A DNA stretch of 64,000 nt from the human T2T-CHM13v2.0 reference genome, Homo sapiens, in NCBI RefSeq assembly GCF_009914755.1, contig NC_060938.1; one strand, written 5' to 3'. Shown one piece after another: positions 34,401-47,965 of this stretch. Every line of letters starts with the position of its first letter. Positions within the stretch are counted from its first letter, which is position 1. Below the pieces are notes generated by a model, which was not told the origin of the DNA, made no database searches, and worked only from the letters and a program-made list of their open reading frames with translations. A program made the translations under genes and the position numbers.

Positions 34401-34815
34401 TGTCACAGGTCCAGGGGAGACGTATCGCCAAAAAGGCCTTAGACCATAGGACCAGCTAAACAGGAAACAGGAAATGTGCTTCCCCCAATAGCAGATGTAG
34501 CACTGGTGGTCTTTCCCAGCTGAGAATTCCTTCTCACACCCAGCCAACCCCTCCATTGTTCTCTACCTGTCCTCACAGGCAATAAAGTAAATTAATCCGG
34601 TGAACATAGATTTGTGGAGTAGAAGGAGCTTAGCGATCACCTTTTATGTCATTATTTGTCAGCTGAGCAAAATAACCCAAAAGGGAGCTTCTGGGGAAAA
34701 GACCCTTGCTGGAAGAATCAGAACTATAACTTCACCCTTGATTTTTCAAAAACAGTATGGGGTGCTGAAAAGCTCGCTGGACTGGCAAGTACACAACTGC
34801 TTGACTAGATTTAGG

Positions 34816-35018
34816 CCAGGAGTCCACAAATGGGGGCAATTTTCCCCCCAGGGGACATTTTGCAATGTCTGGAGACATCTTTTGTTGTCACACTGAGCAT
34901 AGCTACAGGGGTGGAGGCCAGGGATGCTGCCAGACATCCTACAGGGCACAGGACAGCCCCCCACTGAAAGAATTATCTCACCCCAGATGTCAGTGGTGCT
35001 GAAGTTGAGAAACCCTGA
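34816..35018. mobile_element. MER20 hAT-Charlie transposon
   Basis: ggggacattttgcaatgtctggagacat...ggaggccagggatgctgc...gttgagaaaccctg. Confidence 0.85.
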
Positions 35019-35130
35019 TTTAGATGTACTCTGGGCATTATCAAGGAAAAACTGGAAGCCATTCTTCTAGAAGGGCCCCTGTGTTCCACCCAGAGTTCCA
35101 GGAAACAGTGTGGGGGCGTCAACTCCTGTT

Positions 35131-35384
35131 ACCAAGTTCTTCCCCCCAGTGCCTTCTGCACCCCACCTGGCCTCACTCTACCCTGACACTTCTATCAGAG
35201 GCAAACATCCTACACACTGCATGAGCAGCTTCTGTTCAGACTCAGCCCTCAGGTCCAACCAAGCTCTTCCCCCCAGTGCCATCTGCACCCCATCTGGCCT
35301 CACTCTACTCTGACACTTCTATCAGGGGCAAACATCCCATGCTCTGCATGGACAGTTTCTGTTCAGACTCAGCCTTCAGGTCCA
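35131..35384 (+). repeat. Tandem duplication, 2 x 127 bp
   Basis: Units 35131-35257 and 35258-35384 both run accaag.tctt...tcaggtcca. Confidence 0.92.
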
Positions 35385-36093
35385 AGGAGAGATTGCTCTG
35401 GTCCTGCGGTCTGCCCCAGCCTGGTTCCTGTCTATGTCAACTTTTTGTTTTGTGAAGCCAGGCAGCACCTGTGGCTTCAGGTCTCAAAGAGGTGGAGACC
35501 CTTCTTGGCAGACCTAAGAGGCCCCCGTTGAAGTGTGCTAAGAACAAAGGTGACTCCACATCCTCTTCTTCCTCTCCCCAAGTGGCCCCAGTCCCTGATT
35601 GTCTGTCCCTACACTTCTGGTCTACCTCTGGGTTTTCTCTCATTACTTCCTCCCCTTGCCTGGGATGGGCAGAGGCTCCTGGGGTTGGCCATTTGAAGTC
35701 CAGCATCTGATGGTCAGAAGTGAAGCCTTCTCTGCAGAATGGTGGGGGAGAAGAACTAAGAGACTTTTGAGACCTTTTCTCCTACTTACTTTTTCCAGGC
35801 CATTGATCTCACTTCTACAGACATCTCTCCCTTATCAGCCCAAATGTCCCACCCACCTATGCAAAGATCCCATTGTCAGCTGTCACAAACCAGGACCAAG
35901 CCACAAGGCACCAGGGCTTTCACTTGGGTACTGAAGAGTCTCTTCCACTTCCCTTGTGGTGGAGAAGGACAGGCAGAGCTTTCCATCCCCTCCTCCCACA
36001 GGCAGACAGGACAAGCTTGGAGCAAGACTAATACAGGGGTGGGCAAAAAGGAGGGGGCCAACCAGGTGCCTGGGCTGGCCCAGGAACACTTGA

Positions 36094-36462
<369 letters not shown>

Positions 36463-36709
36463 TGACACTGATGGACTGCCCACTGCACCAAGAGGGCAGG
36501 ACAACCTATCAACCTCATTCTTAAGATCCCTATTTAATACATGTCCCAGGTGAAACCCCAATGCCATGTTTAATGCCCAGCCAGTCACTTGCAAAGAAAC
36601 AACAACCCAGCAAACCCCAAAACAACTGAAAGTGCCACAAGTCTTTACTCCCCTCTTCTCATCCCTCCCTCACTGATCCATCCCTGATCCAGACTGCGTA
36701 GCCACTTAA

Positions 36710-37324
<615 letters not shown>

Positions 37325-40246
37325 AAGCAGTTGTTTTAAGTCTTGTTTCAGCAAGCACCCAGCAAGGCAAGGCCTTTCCAACCTAAGGTGTGCCCTCTCC
37401 CCTCCAATGCTCCTAAATTTTTCCAGTTAATTCTACCAGAGCAGTCTCTCCTTGGACCTGAAGGCTGAGTCTGAACAGAAACTGTCCATGCAGAGCATGG
37501 GATGTTTGCCCCAGGTGGCATTGGGGGGAAGAGCTTGATAACAGGAGTTGATGCCCCCACACTGTGCTTCCTGGACCTCTAGGTGGAACACAGGGGCCCT
37601 TCTAGAAGAATGGCTTCCAGTGTTTCCTTGACATTTGACTCATTATCTATTTCTCATTCATTCATCATCTGGCACAGGGCTAGATTTGCGGGGTACGGTG
37701 GGAGCTCAGAGTCCAGCAGGGAAGGTAAACATTGAACTAGTGGTTCACGAGTGTATTTTATTACAGGAGACTTTTAGCAATATAAGAGAGACTTTAATGG
37801 AGGCAGGCACCAACCTGGCCTTTAGTGGTAGGGATGGTGAAGAACAGTTGTCCAAGGACATCAGCCCTGGGGCAGCAGGTTGAGGCCAAGTCCTGAAGGA
37901 GTGGAGTTAACCAGGTGAGGGAGGGAACAGTGTTTCAGGAAGAAAGAAGAGAAATGCTGTCCAGGGGAGAAAGAGAGAGAGAGAGGCTGCTCTGCTCCAT
38001 GCCTGCCCAATAAACTGGAAGAAGACCACCTGATTGGTTGAGCGGGGGCAGAGGATGAGGGAGAAAAGAGAAGGCTGGAAATTGCAAGGGCCAGATCATT
38101 GAGGACACTGCTCAACATGGCAAGAGCAGTGGGAAATCCTGCGGAGTTTCAAGCAGGGGAGTGACAGGGTCAGATCTGTCTCCCCTACCTGGAGACAGTG
38201 GGTCAAGCGTTTTGTTGTCCATGGACTGGCTATGGGATGAAACATGGGTTTCAGATTCAGACTAGCTGAGGCCCAGAAGTCTGCCCTGCCACTCACTGGC
38301 TGCATGGCCACGGGCCAGCCACCTCCGCTCCCAATCTGTGCAATGCAGCTGATCACGCCAAGGGAGGATGCTAATGGGCAGCATTAGTGGATGCTCCCAT
38401 ATCCCAGACACTTCACACATATTAGGCCCTTCATTCCTCACAATGAGTGTCCACTGTAAATGCCACTGCCTTCATTTTATGGGAGACCAACGCTCAGAAA
38501 GGTTATTCTACTTGCTTGAGGTTACAGAGGTCAGATTTGAATCCAGATCTGTATGAGTTCAATTAATGTCTCTTCTCCTAACCACCATGTCATATTTCAG
38601 ACTATGCAATTGTTGTCTAAAAGACTGGGTGCATAGTAGGCACTTAACAAGTATTTGCTCCCCACCAACCCTCCTTTTACTGTAAGATACCCATGGCCTC
38701 ACGGGAGCCTCCCCCAGCTACAGATGTCTGCCCCTCATCCCTGCCAGGCACGGCTTGTCCCCAGCCCAGGTCAGCTTACTAACATCTCCATCAGGGCAGG
38801 AAGGGAGAGAGGAGACGCAAGCATGCATTTGGAGACTTCTGCGCCGAGCAGCTCCCGTGCTCTGTGACAGTGGAGCCACCAGAGGAGGCACTGCTCTGCC
38901 AGTTTGCTGGTTAAGTGACTTTACCCAAAGACATGCCCTGCAGAAGTAACTGAGCTGAGATGATGCTGCTGCCTTCAGACTACATTACAGGGAACAAAAA
39001 TCCTCCTACCTTATTCCTTTCCACGTGTCTTTGGAGAAAAAAATTCAGCCGAACCTTAGGCACTTATATTATGGTGACATTTTTATCATCATCCTAGAGG
39101 TCCCTGGAGTGAAGGCTCAGACTTACTAAGAGGAAAAAGTCTTAACTGTACGGAATGAGAAGTCAGAGCTTAGGCAGAAGGAATCCCATATTCCCAGACA
39201 GAACGCAGAAGGATCTTAGGAGGCAACGCCTGGCTTGCACCGTGGGACATGGAGACGTTTGCAGGGCAGGAATGTTTGGAGCAGATGTTCTGTGTCTCAC
39301 AAACCATGCCTTATAGGGGGCTTGTCCTGGCTAAGATTGCTCTCCTATCCTAGTCACGGGTGTCCTGCAGGATGGGGAATGGGAAGGAGACACCAGTGTC
39401 AGGTACAGAGGAAAGCCTGGGTGGTCCTTGCCTGGTCTTGGCCAGGGACCTGTGACTTCCTTTATTCTATGTCTCAGGCTACCCTCTGCTTCACATTGAG
39501 GTCACTAGGTGGGGGGAAGCAGGGACAGGAGGCCAACAGAGGGGAGGGCCTCAGGGCAGATGTGGAAACTGCTGGCCAAAAGGAAAGACAATGTGATTCA
39601 GAGGAACTGTTCCTGGAAGGAGACAAAGCTCCCCCAGCTTCCTCTGGAAATTGCTTTGTTTAAAATGCAAAGTGCGAATGTGTTTTGATGACATCTCAGC
39701 ATCCATCACCCTATGCAAATGCTGATCCTGGGGGAGAGGAGCCCCTGTAAGTCACTCCAGTCCCCTAATGGAGTGTGTGTGGGTGATGACAGGCCAAGGG
39801 AGCCAGCGGCCTAGGGGCAGGCAACAGCTCACCACCCAAGAGAGGCTTGATAAGGGCTGAAGCGGGAGGGAGTCCAGCCCTGGGGGGGTCCACACCTGCA
39901 TCATCCCCAGGCTAGCAGCTCTTGGATGCAGGATGCCAGCTGCTGCTGTAGGTGACTGAGGACAGAGCTCTAAACAAGTTGCTGATAGACCTAGTTGCCT
40001 CAGTTGCAAATTCACTTCACACTCAAATGGACAGTGAATTAACAGCCCTTCCCCTGAGCAGGAGGATGCCCCTTACCTGAACACTCTGCAACTGGGAAAA
40101 AGGTGAAATCGATTGCCTGACTGGGAGTGGGGCTCTTCAACCCAAGCTGCTATTTGAGATCTCAACTCATCCCCATGCAACAGCCTTCCACCTGTGTCCC
40201 AGACTCGGCTTGGACACCTTCAGTGACAAAAACTCATTGTCCTGGG

Positions 40247-40430
40247 AGGGTGTCCAGATAAAATACAAGATGCCCAGTTAAATTTGAATTTCAGATAAAC
40301 AATGAATAATGTTTTAGTATAAATATGTCCCAAATATAGTATGGGATGATTTATTGTTTATCTGAAATTCAAATTTAACTGAGTGTCCTGTTTTTTTGTT
40401 TTGTTTTGTTTTTTGCTAAATCTGGCCAAC
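40247..40430. mobile_element. MER53 palindromic MITE
   Basis: cagttaaatttgaatttcagataaacaat pairs with attgtttatctgaaattcaaatttaactg; ends ccagataaaatac / aaatctggc. Confidence 0.88.
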
Positions 40431-42268
40431 AATACACCCTGATCAATCCATTCCCATTTTTTTGTATATGTCTAATCATCAAAAAATGGATTGGGTCCAC
40501 TTCTCTGCCTTTCATATCTTCCCATCTTACTCCATCCTCCATCCTGGTCCTGCTTTCTGGGCCATATGAGGCAAGCTGTACCCTTCTACCCACAACTCTT
40601 TGGGAATGGAAACAGACTCTCAGCTACTCGCAGGTTCTCTGATTCTGAGCTCTCAAACTGTCCTCTGGTTGCTTCCTGTGTATCAACTTTAGGTTGGATT
40701 CATGAGCCTGAGACAGAATTGAATAACTTGGCAAGTCAGGTAGTAATCTCTTCCAGAGGCTACATCTTTGGTGGTGAGGGGCGCTTAGGGTGGGCCAATA
40801 CAACATGCTCACAACCACCCCACCCACACCCACCCATCCCTGCCAAACACACCTATAATTTTCTAGGACTTGACTGGAAAATGTCATGAAGGACTAGAAG
40901 CTAATCCTGTCAGTAAAATCTCCTCTTTAGCAGAGAATGTGGGTTGGAGGGCATAGAAGAAGATTGAAAACCTTACCACCTATATATTTTATTTTGCCTC
41001 AATTGCAAATTCACTTCACACTCAAAGAACAGAAATCACCCGGACTTCAAGAGAGTTGTCATTCTACAGAACCAGGACATGCCAGAAAGTTCCATGAATG
41101 CTACAAAATGTCAATGCAGAGGAATTAATTAGGCAGAACAGTGCTTTTTGCACTTGAGTACCGATCCACGATTAGGTCTTCTGCCAACCCAGAGTACAGG
41201 TGAGTGCGGTCCTGATTTTCAGGTAGCCCGCAGAACCTTCTCCTAAGCTCTGTGCAGCCGTCTCCACAGAAGTAGCTGTGGGGACGTCTTCAGTGTGCTA
41301 AGCATCGGCATGGAGCTGCCTTCAAAGGCACAGCTGCAGGTGAGGGTACGTCTCTGAAGACCATATTAAGCCACCAGTCGCAACTTACATGGAAATTGCT
41401 ACCTCTCCCCAGTAATGAATTAATAACCCAACCAATAGGAAGAAGATAATTTTCAAGCAATTCTCAGTTGCAGACACAAATTTTAAGGGCTCCATCCATT
41501 TACAATACGGATAACTTCATGCATCAAAATATATAAGGAGCCAAATGCCAGTGGGGTAAGGAAGGGTTTTCTCATCAGCATTCTCTTGTGTTTCAGGTGT
41601 AGGTCTTGCCTTTCCAGGGATAGTGGCCACATAGTTCGCCGTGTTCCCCGCAGTTATTCCAGTACATGGTAGGTTCCCAATTTCCTGAGGACGTACAAAG
41701 ATGAGACTTTGTTTACCAGTTTCCTTTATTTTGATCTGTTATCCCATCTTTCCAAGTTTTATACTTTTGGTATGTTTGTTGATCACGGTGATGGTGATTG
41801 CTCTCAACACAATGTCTACTTCTCCTCGACGGTCAAGGAGGGAAATAGACAGAGCCCAGAGGTGGCCAGTCATGGTTCCTCAAGACCTGCCAAGAAGAGT
41901 GCAGGCCACCAGGTAAGTCCCGAGTGTCCTCTGGAGGGGGCCATGCTGCTGACCCACCTCAGCCCTTCTTCTGCTCCCCCAATCCCTCAATAGCCCACTC
42001 CAGTTTATTGCATCAGCCCTCACACCCTCAGTGCCACCTAAGACTTTACCACCAAGACCACAACTCTGGAATCTTCCATATGGAATAAATGCATGCTGAT
42101 CAAATGAATAGATCAGTAAACCTCCTGTCTCTTTCCATTTCTTGGCCATACCAGCAGCGGAAAAACCTGCTTTTATTCCTACAGTTCTCAGTCTGCCAGG
42201 GGTTCAGTTTGGGCCCTCCGGTAGGCAGATGCTGAGATGGAGTTAGGAAGACGTTTATTGGGGGAGGG

Positions 42269-42760
42269 TGTAGTGGGTTGAATAATGTCCCCCAAAATTC
42301 ACATCCACCCAGAATTTCTAATGTAACTTTATTTGGAAATAGAGTCTTTGCAGGTATAATTGATTAAAGATCTCAAGATGAAGTCATCCTAGATTTAAAT
42401 CATCCACATGGAGCTGCCTTCAAAGGCACAGCTGCAGGCGAGGGTACATTTCTAAATCCCAGGACTAGTGTCCTTGTAAGAAGAGAAGACACGGAGAGAC
42501 ACACAGAGAAGGAGATGTGAAGATGGAGGCAGAGACTGGAGTGATACAGCTCCAAGCCAAGGATCACCAGCCATTTCAAGAAGCTAGGCAAGAAGCATGG
42601 AATCAATTCTGCTTCCGAACCTCCAGAAGGAACCAATCTTGTCAACATTTTGATTTTGAACTTCTGGCCTCCTGAACTGTGAGAGAATAGGTTTCTATTC
42701 TATGATTTGAAACCACTCAGGGTGTGGTAATTTGTTACAAAGCCCTGGGAAGCGAACACA
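42269..42760 (+). mobile_element. MLT1 (MaLR) solo LTR, inserted in an ERVL-type LTR remnant
   Basis: tgtagtgggttgaataatgtcccccaaaattcacatcc...ttctggcctcctgaactgtgagagaata...gtggtaatttgttaca. Confidence 0.88.
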
Positions 42761-44431
42761 GGAAGTAACGCCTGCAAAAGCAGATTGGACAGGGAGAGTG
42801 TCAGGCTGTGGCCCAGTCTTTCCCAGGTCAATTCTGCTTCTTCCCTTTTACCATTCACTGGTTAACCCCCTACCCCCGACTCCCAACTCCAATAAAATTC
42901 TTGCTCTGCCAACTCTATCTCAGCCTATGATTGCTACAAAACCTCTATTGACACAGTCTTGGCTGCCTCAGTACGGAGCTCTGGGCAAACCCTGTCCATC
43001 AGGGGCAGCCCTCCCTCTGTCTTGACCCTGCCTCACCCATCCCGGCCCCAGCTTTGCTCCACTGTGACTTCCTCTCTCTTGTAGCTCCAGCCTTGCCATT
43101 CCACTGGCTCCTTCCCTCTCACCTTCAAACCAGCTCAAATACAGTAGCTCCTCTTCCAGCTGTGACTTCCTCTCTTTCTGTCCTCAGCCATGTTTTTTTT
43201 TCCCCAAGATATTTGTTGTTTCTGTTGTCTTCTTCCCCACTCACTCCTCATCCAGGCCTCTGTCTTCCTCCATCCTCCACCCAGCTGCCCTGCTCTTTCA
43301 AAGGCCCTCTACGCTCCCTTTCCCAGCCTTTCCTGACGTGCGGTTCTCTCTGGGCGTGACTCTGTTTTGTGTTTTATGCCCTCTGCCTAGGACACTATAG
43401 TTGTTTCTTTGCTGGAAGACAGGTTCCTTGAAGGCAAGAACTTGTCTTATTGATGTTTTTTTTTGTTTGTTTTACCACCCAAAGCCTCAAGCACAGTACT
43501 TTGCCCAGATGAACTGCTCAGCAAATGTTTAAGAGTTGAGTTCAACAGGGGTATCCCTTGGGCTTCTGGGAACCAATAGGGGAGAGTTTCCTCTGGGGTA
43601 CACACAAGAGGGCTCCTCTCAGTGGCAGGGGGATCAGGAAAATAGGGAGATTGGATTGAATGTGGGAGTTGGGAGAGAGTGAGAAGGAAGAGGGAACAGG
43701 CGGAGGGTGCCAGCTCTTACAAGAGGAAGATAAATGATAACAGCGCTGGGAACAAAACCAAACATCCTTCATGTTGTCAGAGCAATGAAGCCAGCACATT
43801 GCAAGTCATGGGCCCCAGACAGTGCCTTGCTTTTGGAAAAGGCTTGGGTTCTTAGTCCCCTTCTGCTCTCAGTGAACAGCACAATTCATCTTCCTTGGGG
43901 TGTCTCCTGAAACTGTGGGTAGATGGTACCCTGGGGTTGGCTAGAGGGAGGGGAGTCAACATGAGCCAGCTGTCCTTCTCAACGTCCCCTCTCTGGGCCA
44001 ACAGTGGTCTTGTGTGACTCCCTGGGTCCCTTCTGTGTCCCGGGTCAACCAGACAGGGCTGGCTTCCATGTACATTTAGCAGGTTTTGTCCCACCCTCTT
44101 TCATAGAGCACTCAAATATTAATGCTGCTCTAAGAGGAAGCAAACTGAAACACACCGGCAGGGGGTGCTGAGAAGATCACAGAGACTTAGCTGTTGCATA
44201 ATTTCTGGCTTTGAATGCAGATAGAGCATGAAGAAGAAGCCCTGCTCTGAGAGTCAGGGAACCCGCCTGAATTTGGGGCTCTGCTTTGCCACTGAAGAGG
44301 CAAGGAGCCAAGTCAGTCACTTAACCTCTCTGGGTCCTAATCCCTAACTTAATGTTAGGAATGTCCTAATCCCTAACTTAATGGGTTGACCAAATAGACT
44401 TCAAGTTACCTTCTAATTTTTTCACTCTGTT

Positions 44432-44699
44432 ATTTCTTTTTTTTTTGAGAGTGAGTCTCACTCTGTCGTCTCACTGCAACCTCCACCTCCCAGGTTCAAA
44501 CGATCCTCCTGCCTCAGCCTCCCGAGTAGCTGAGCTTACAGGCATGAGCCACCAGGCCCAGCTAATTTTTGTATTTTTAGTAGAGACGGGGTTTCGCCAT
44601 GTTGGCCAGGCAGGTCTCGAATTCCTGAGCTCAAGTGATCCGCCTGCCTCCGCCTCCCAAAATGCTGGGATTACAGGCCTGAGCCACGGTGCTCGGCCC
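44432..44699 (-). mobile_element. Alu with a small internal deletion
   Basis: Dimer lacking the cccaggctggagtgcagtg segment; TSD-like cactct.ttatt. Confidence 0.92.
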
Positions 44700-45657
44700 A
44701 CTCTTATTCTTTATGCAACTCAGCATGTACATCTGTGGTTTTCCTGAGGGCAGCATCCCTTTCCTTCCTTAGGATAACAGCACTCACTTCTCTCTTCCCT
44801 TTCCACTTGGTGGCAAAGAGGCTGCCAATCATGCTGCTCCCCACACACATGGGGTGGGGCTAGGACGCAAACTCTGCCAAACAGACTCAGGAAGAGGGTC
44901 ACATGATGGCAGCTCCTTAAAGGACCTGCTGTGGTTCTGGCTACCTAGCTACCCAGGTTCCTGCCCTTTCTAAGGTCAAATTGTTCATCTCTCTAATAAA
45001 ATCCCCTTTCCTCCAGCATGAATGCCTGGTGCTTGTCATTAATGACCTTGATAGCTTTCTGTTAGCATCGTGAATCCAGAAAGTGTCTCTAGACAATGCG
45101 AGAGGCTTGTCGGCCAAGCTACCTCCCAGCTGGGAGGCTTTTAGTAGAAAAACAGGGACTAGTATGGTGGAGCTTCACTGCCTGTTTTCTGTGAGAAAAA
45201 GACACGTGTCCAGAGAGTGGGGATCCCTTGGAGAATTCTGAGAACCCTGAGGTCCCCTGAGAACATGCCATGTACGTCAGCGATTCCCAGCATTTCACAC
45301 CAAGTGAATTCCTCTGTGCCCACGCCCAGACATGTGAGGCACCTGTAACCTGAATGATGCTCCCCATCCCAGCGTGGGGAGCAGCAGGCAGATAGGTCCG
45401 CAGTTCACATAACCTCCGTAACTGCCCGTGATCCAACGCTGTTTGTCCAACAGTATTTAACAAGTCAGTAAGGATATAGCCATTGGGTGCCCTCCATGGG
45501 CTTATATAGCAGCCCTTGTCCACAAGGGACCCTTAACGAGTGTGTTGTTGAATGTCTGTACCCTTGGGGAGCTGGTAATAAAAGAACTTGAACAAGACAG
45601 GAGGTCAGGGCTTTACCTGTGCTAAAAGGATTTGGGTATAAAAATGATGAAGGGAGG

Positions 45658-45938
45658 GGCTGGGCGCAGTGGCTCATGCCCGTAATCCCAGCACTTTGGG
45701 AGGCTGAGGCGGGTGGATCACGAGGTCAGGAGACCAACCTGGCCAATATGGTGAAACCCCGTCTCTACCAAAAATACAAAAATTAGCTGGGCGTGGTGGC
45801 ACACACCTGTAGTCTCAGCTACTCAGGAGGTTGAGGCAGAAGAATTACTTGAACTCATGAGGCAGAGGTTGCAGTGATCGCGCCACTGTACTTCAGCCGG
45901 GGTGACAGAGCAAGATTCCAACTCAAAAAAAAAAAAAA
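45658..45938 (+). mobile_element. Alu (S-like)
   Basis: ggctgggcgcagtggctcatg...poly-A. Confidence 0.95.
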
Positions 45939-46028
45939 TTCCCTAACATATTCAAATATATGATATCAGTTATTTTGCTTAGGAAGAGATTAAAGTAGGC
46001 ACATAAGGTTAAAAAGTGAGTTCGTTTA

Positions 46029-46098
46029 GAGATCGTGCCATGCACTCCAGCCTGGGTGACAGAGTGAGACTCCGTCTCAATAAAAAAAAAAAAAAAAA
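46029..46098 (+). mobile_element. 5'-truncated Alu with a perfect 18-bp TSD
   Basis: aaaaagtgagttcgttta at 46011-46028 and 46094-46111. Confidence 0.9.
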
Positions 46099-46559
46099 GT
46101 GAGTTCGTTTAAAGAAAGATATTACATAAATAACAATACAGGTGAGACACGGAATTGGTGAACTTCATGACTGTGAGGCTGGAATAAGTGAAGTTGAGTA
46201 GCACTTGTGTAAGAGAAACCTAGAGGTCCTCCCCACCCTCCCCCCAGCCACTTGGTCCTTCTTCAGTATACTGAGGTGAGGAACATGTCTTGAGACTATG
46301 AGCTCCTCCAGGCACGGGCTGGGTTTTGTTTGTGTTGAATCCTCTGTGTCTAATGCAGAGCCAGCAAATAGGAAGTACTGACAGCTTGAATGATAGCTTT
46401 ATGCCCTGCCTTGTTCTAGAAAATAATTAAAGCAGTCAACATGGAGCTGACTTGCACAGAAACAAAGCATGACACAAGTTCAGGCCTGTCTTTCACAACA
46501 TGCTCATCCTGTCCAACGGATCAATCTGTCTACTTGATAGGTAGCTTAATACCACCCCC

Positions 46560-47225
46560 TCTGTCTACTGGCATTCCTCGCCATTGCCCTGCCTGGGTCA
46601 GACCACAGATATCTCTCACCTGAATTACTGTCTGCCACAATCTACTAACTGTTCTCCCCATCTCCAGTCTTGCCCCATCTAAGTGATTTTTTTTTCATGC
46701 AACAGCCAATGGGTGGCTTCCAAAATGTGGCTCAAGCCCCTGATGGCTTCCCACTGCAAACACAGTCTTTAGAATGACAGGTAAGGCCTTTTGTGACCTA
46801 GCCTCTTCCTACCTCTCCAGCATCCTCTCTTAGCAATTGCATTCCCCATCCTGCATGCCAGCCATGTTTTATTCTTTTCTGAAAGTATCTTGCCTCCATG
46901 CCTTTGCACATGTCATTCTCTCTGCTTGGAATGCCCATCCCTTTCTTCTTCTGCCTCACTCCTCCTCAATCCCCAGGATCCATTCAAGCATCACCACCTC
47001 CAAGAAGCTGGACCAGACTTCTCAGTTGTTCCCATAGCACCTGCTTTTGCTTAGTCATGGCACTTACAATGATGGATCCCAATTGTTTGTTTACTCGTCT
47101 ACCTGCTACATGAATCCTTAAGCTCTTTAGGGCCAGGGGCTATAGCTTGTTGATCTTTGTTCTCCAGTACCCAACCCAGTGACAAACTAACTATAGGCCC
47201 CTAGCAAGTGTTTGACAATTGAGTA
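46560..47225 (+). mobile_element. L2 remnant
   Basis: gcctttgcacatgtcattctctctgcttggaatgccc... Confidence 0.65.
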
Positions 47226-47811
47226 GCCGATGGCTACAGGCTTGGGAAAGCCCATGACAAATGGGCTTGGGGGCCTCCTGTGGAAACTCTTAACCTCATT
47301 AGTGCTGTTCAAAATATTTCTAACTTCTCACCTGGTGGGCATGTGGTAGGACTGCCTGCCCTGGACACCCTGTGGTTGGGTGGGACAATGTGGTCGTTCT
47401 GGTCACTGAGTTATGAGTGGATGTAGCAAGTGTCACTTCGAGGCTGAAGCATTTAATTAATTACCAGAGCTCTCTGTCCCGCTCTGTCCCTCTGCTTTCA
47501 CAACGTGCGAGAATCCAGATGGTGGAAGCTCAGTCAAATGGGGTCTTAGAGTGACAACAACACTTAGTAGAGCCTCCAGCTTGCCAGTGAATGACATTTA
47601 GGATAAATGAGAAATAAACCCTGTTATAATAAGCCTCTGATTCTTAACTAGTACAACCTAGGCTGTCTCAACTGACACACCCACCCAGTCCATAGGGTTC
47701 CAAGTGCTTAGTCTAAATTATATTCTATTTCTTTTCCCTCATTCTGGTTCAGTTCACTGCCCATGCTGACCCCAACCTGACAAGTTCTCCTCCCACCCAG
47801 AAGAAATAAGG

Positions 47812-47965
47812 CAGGGAGGGAGGGAGCGAGGGAGGAAGGAAGCGAGTGAGGGAGGGAGGGAGGGATGAAAGGAGGGATGAAGGAAGGAAGGAAGGAAGGA
47901 AGGAAGGAAGGAAGGAAGGAAGGAAGGAAGGAAGGGGGAGGGAGGGAGGGAGTTGGGAGGGAGGC
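47812..47965. repeat. Polypurine (GGGA)/(GGAA)n tract, 13 consecutive GGAA at 47882-47933
   Basis: Seen directly. Confidence 0.97.

Noticed and set aside
39654-39720. SOX-like CTTTGTT near ATGCAAAG and a perfect octamer ATGCAAAT
   Set aside because: Spacing does not match the canonical contiguous SOX2-OCT4 composite; a single 8-mer is expected by chance
45043-45051. Perfect ERR response element TCAAGGTCA on the minus strand (variants at 3603, 10133), suggesting autoregulation
   Set aside because: About 0.5 copies of a given 9-mer are expected by chance in 64 kb on two strands; no clustering
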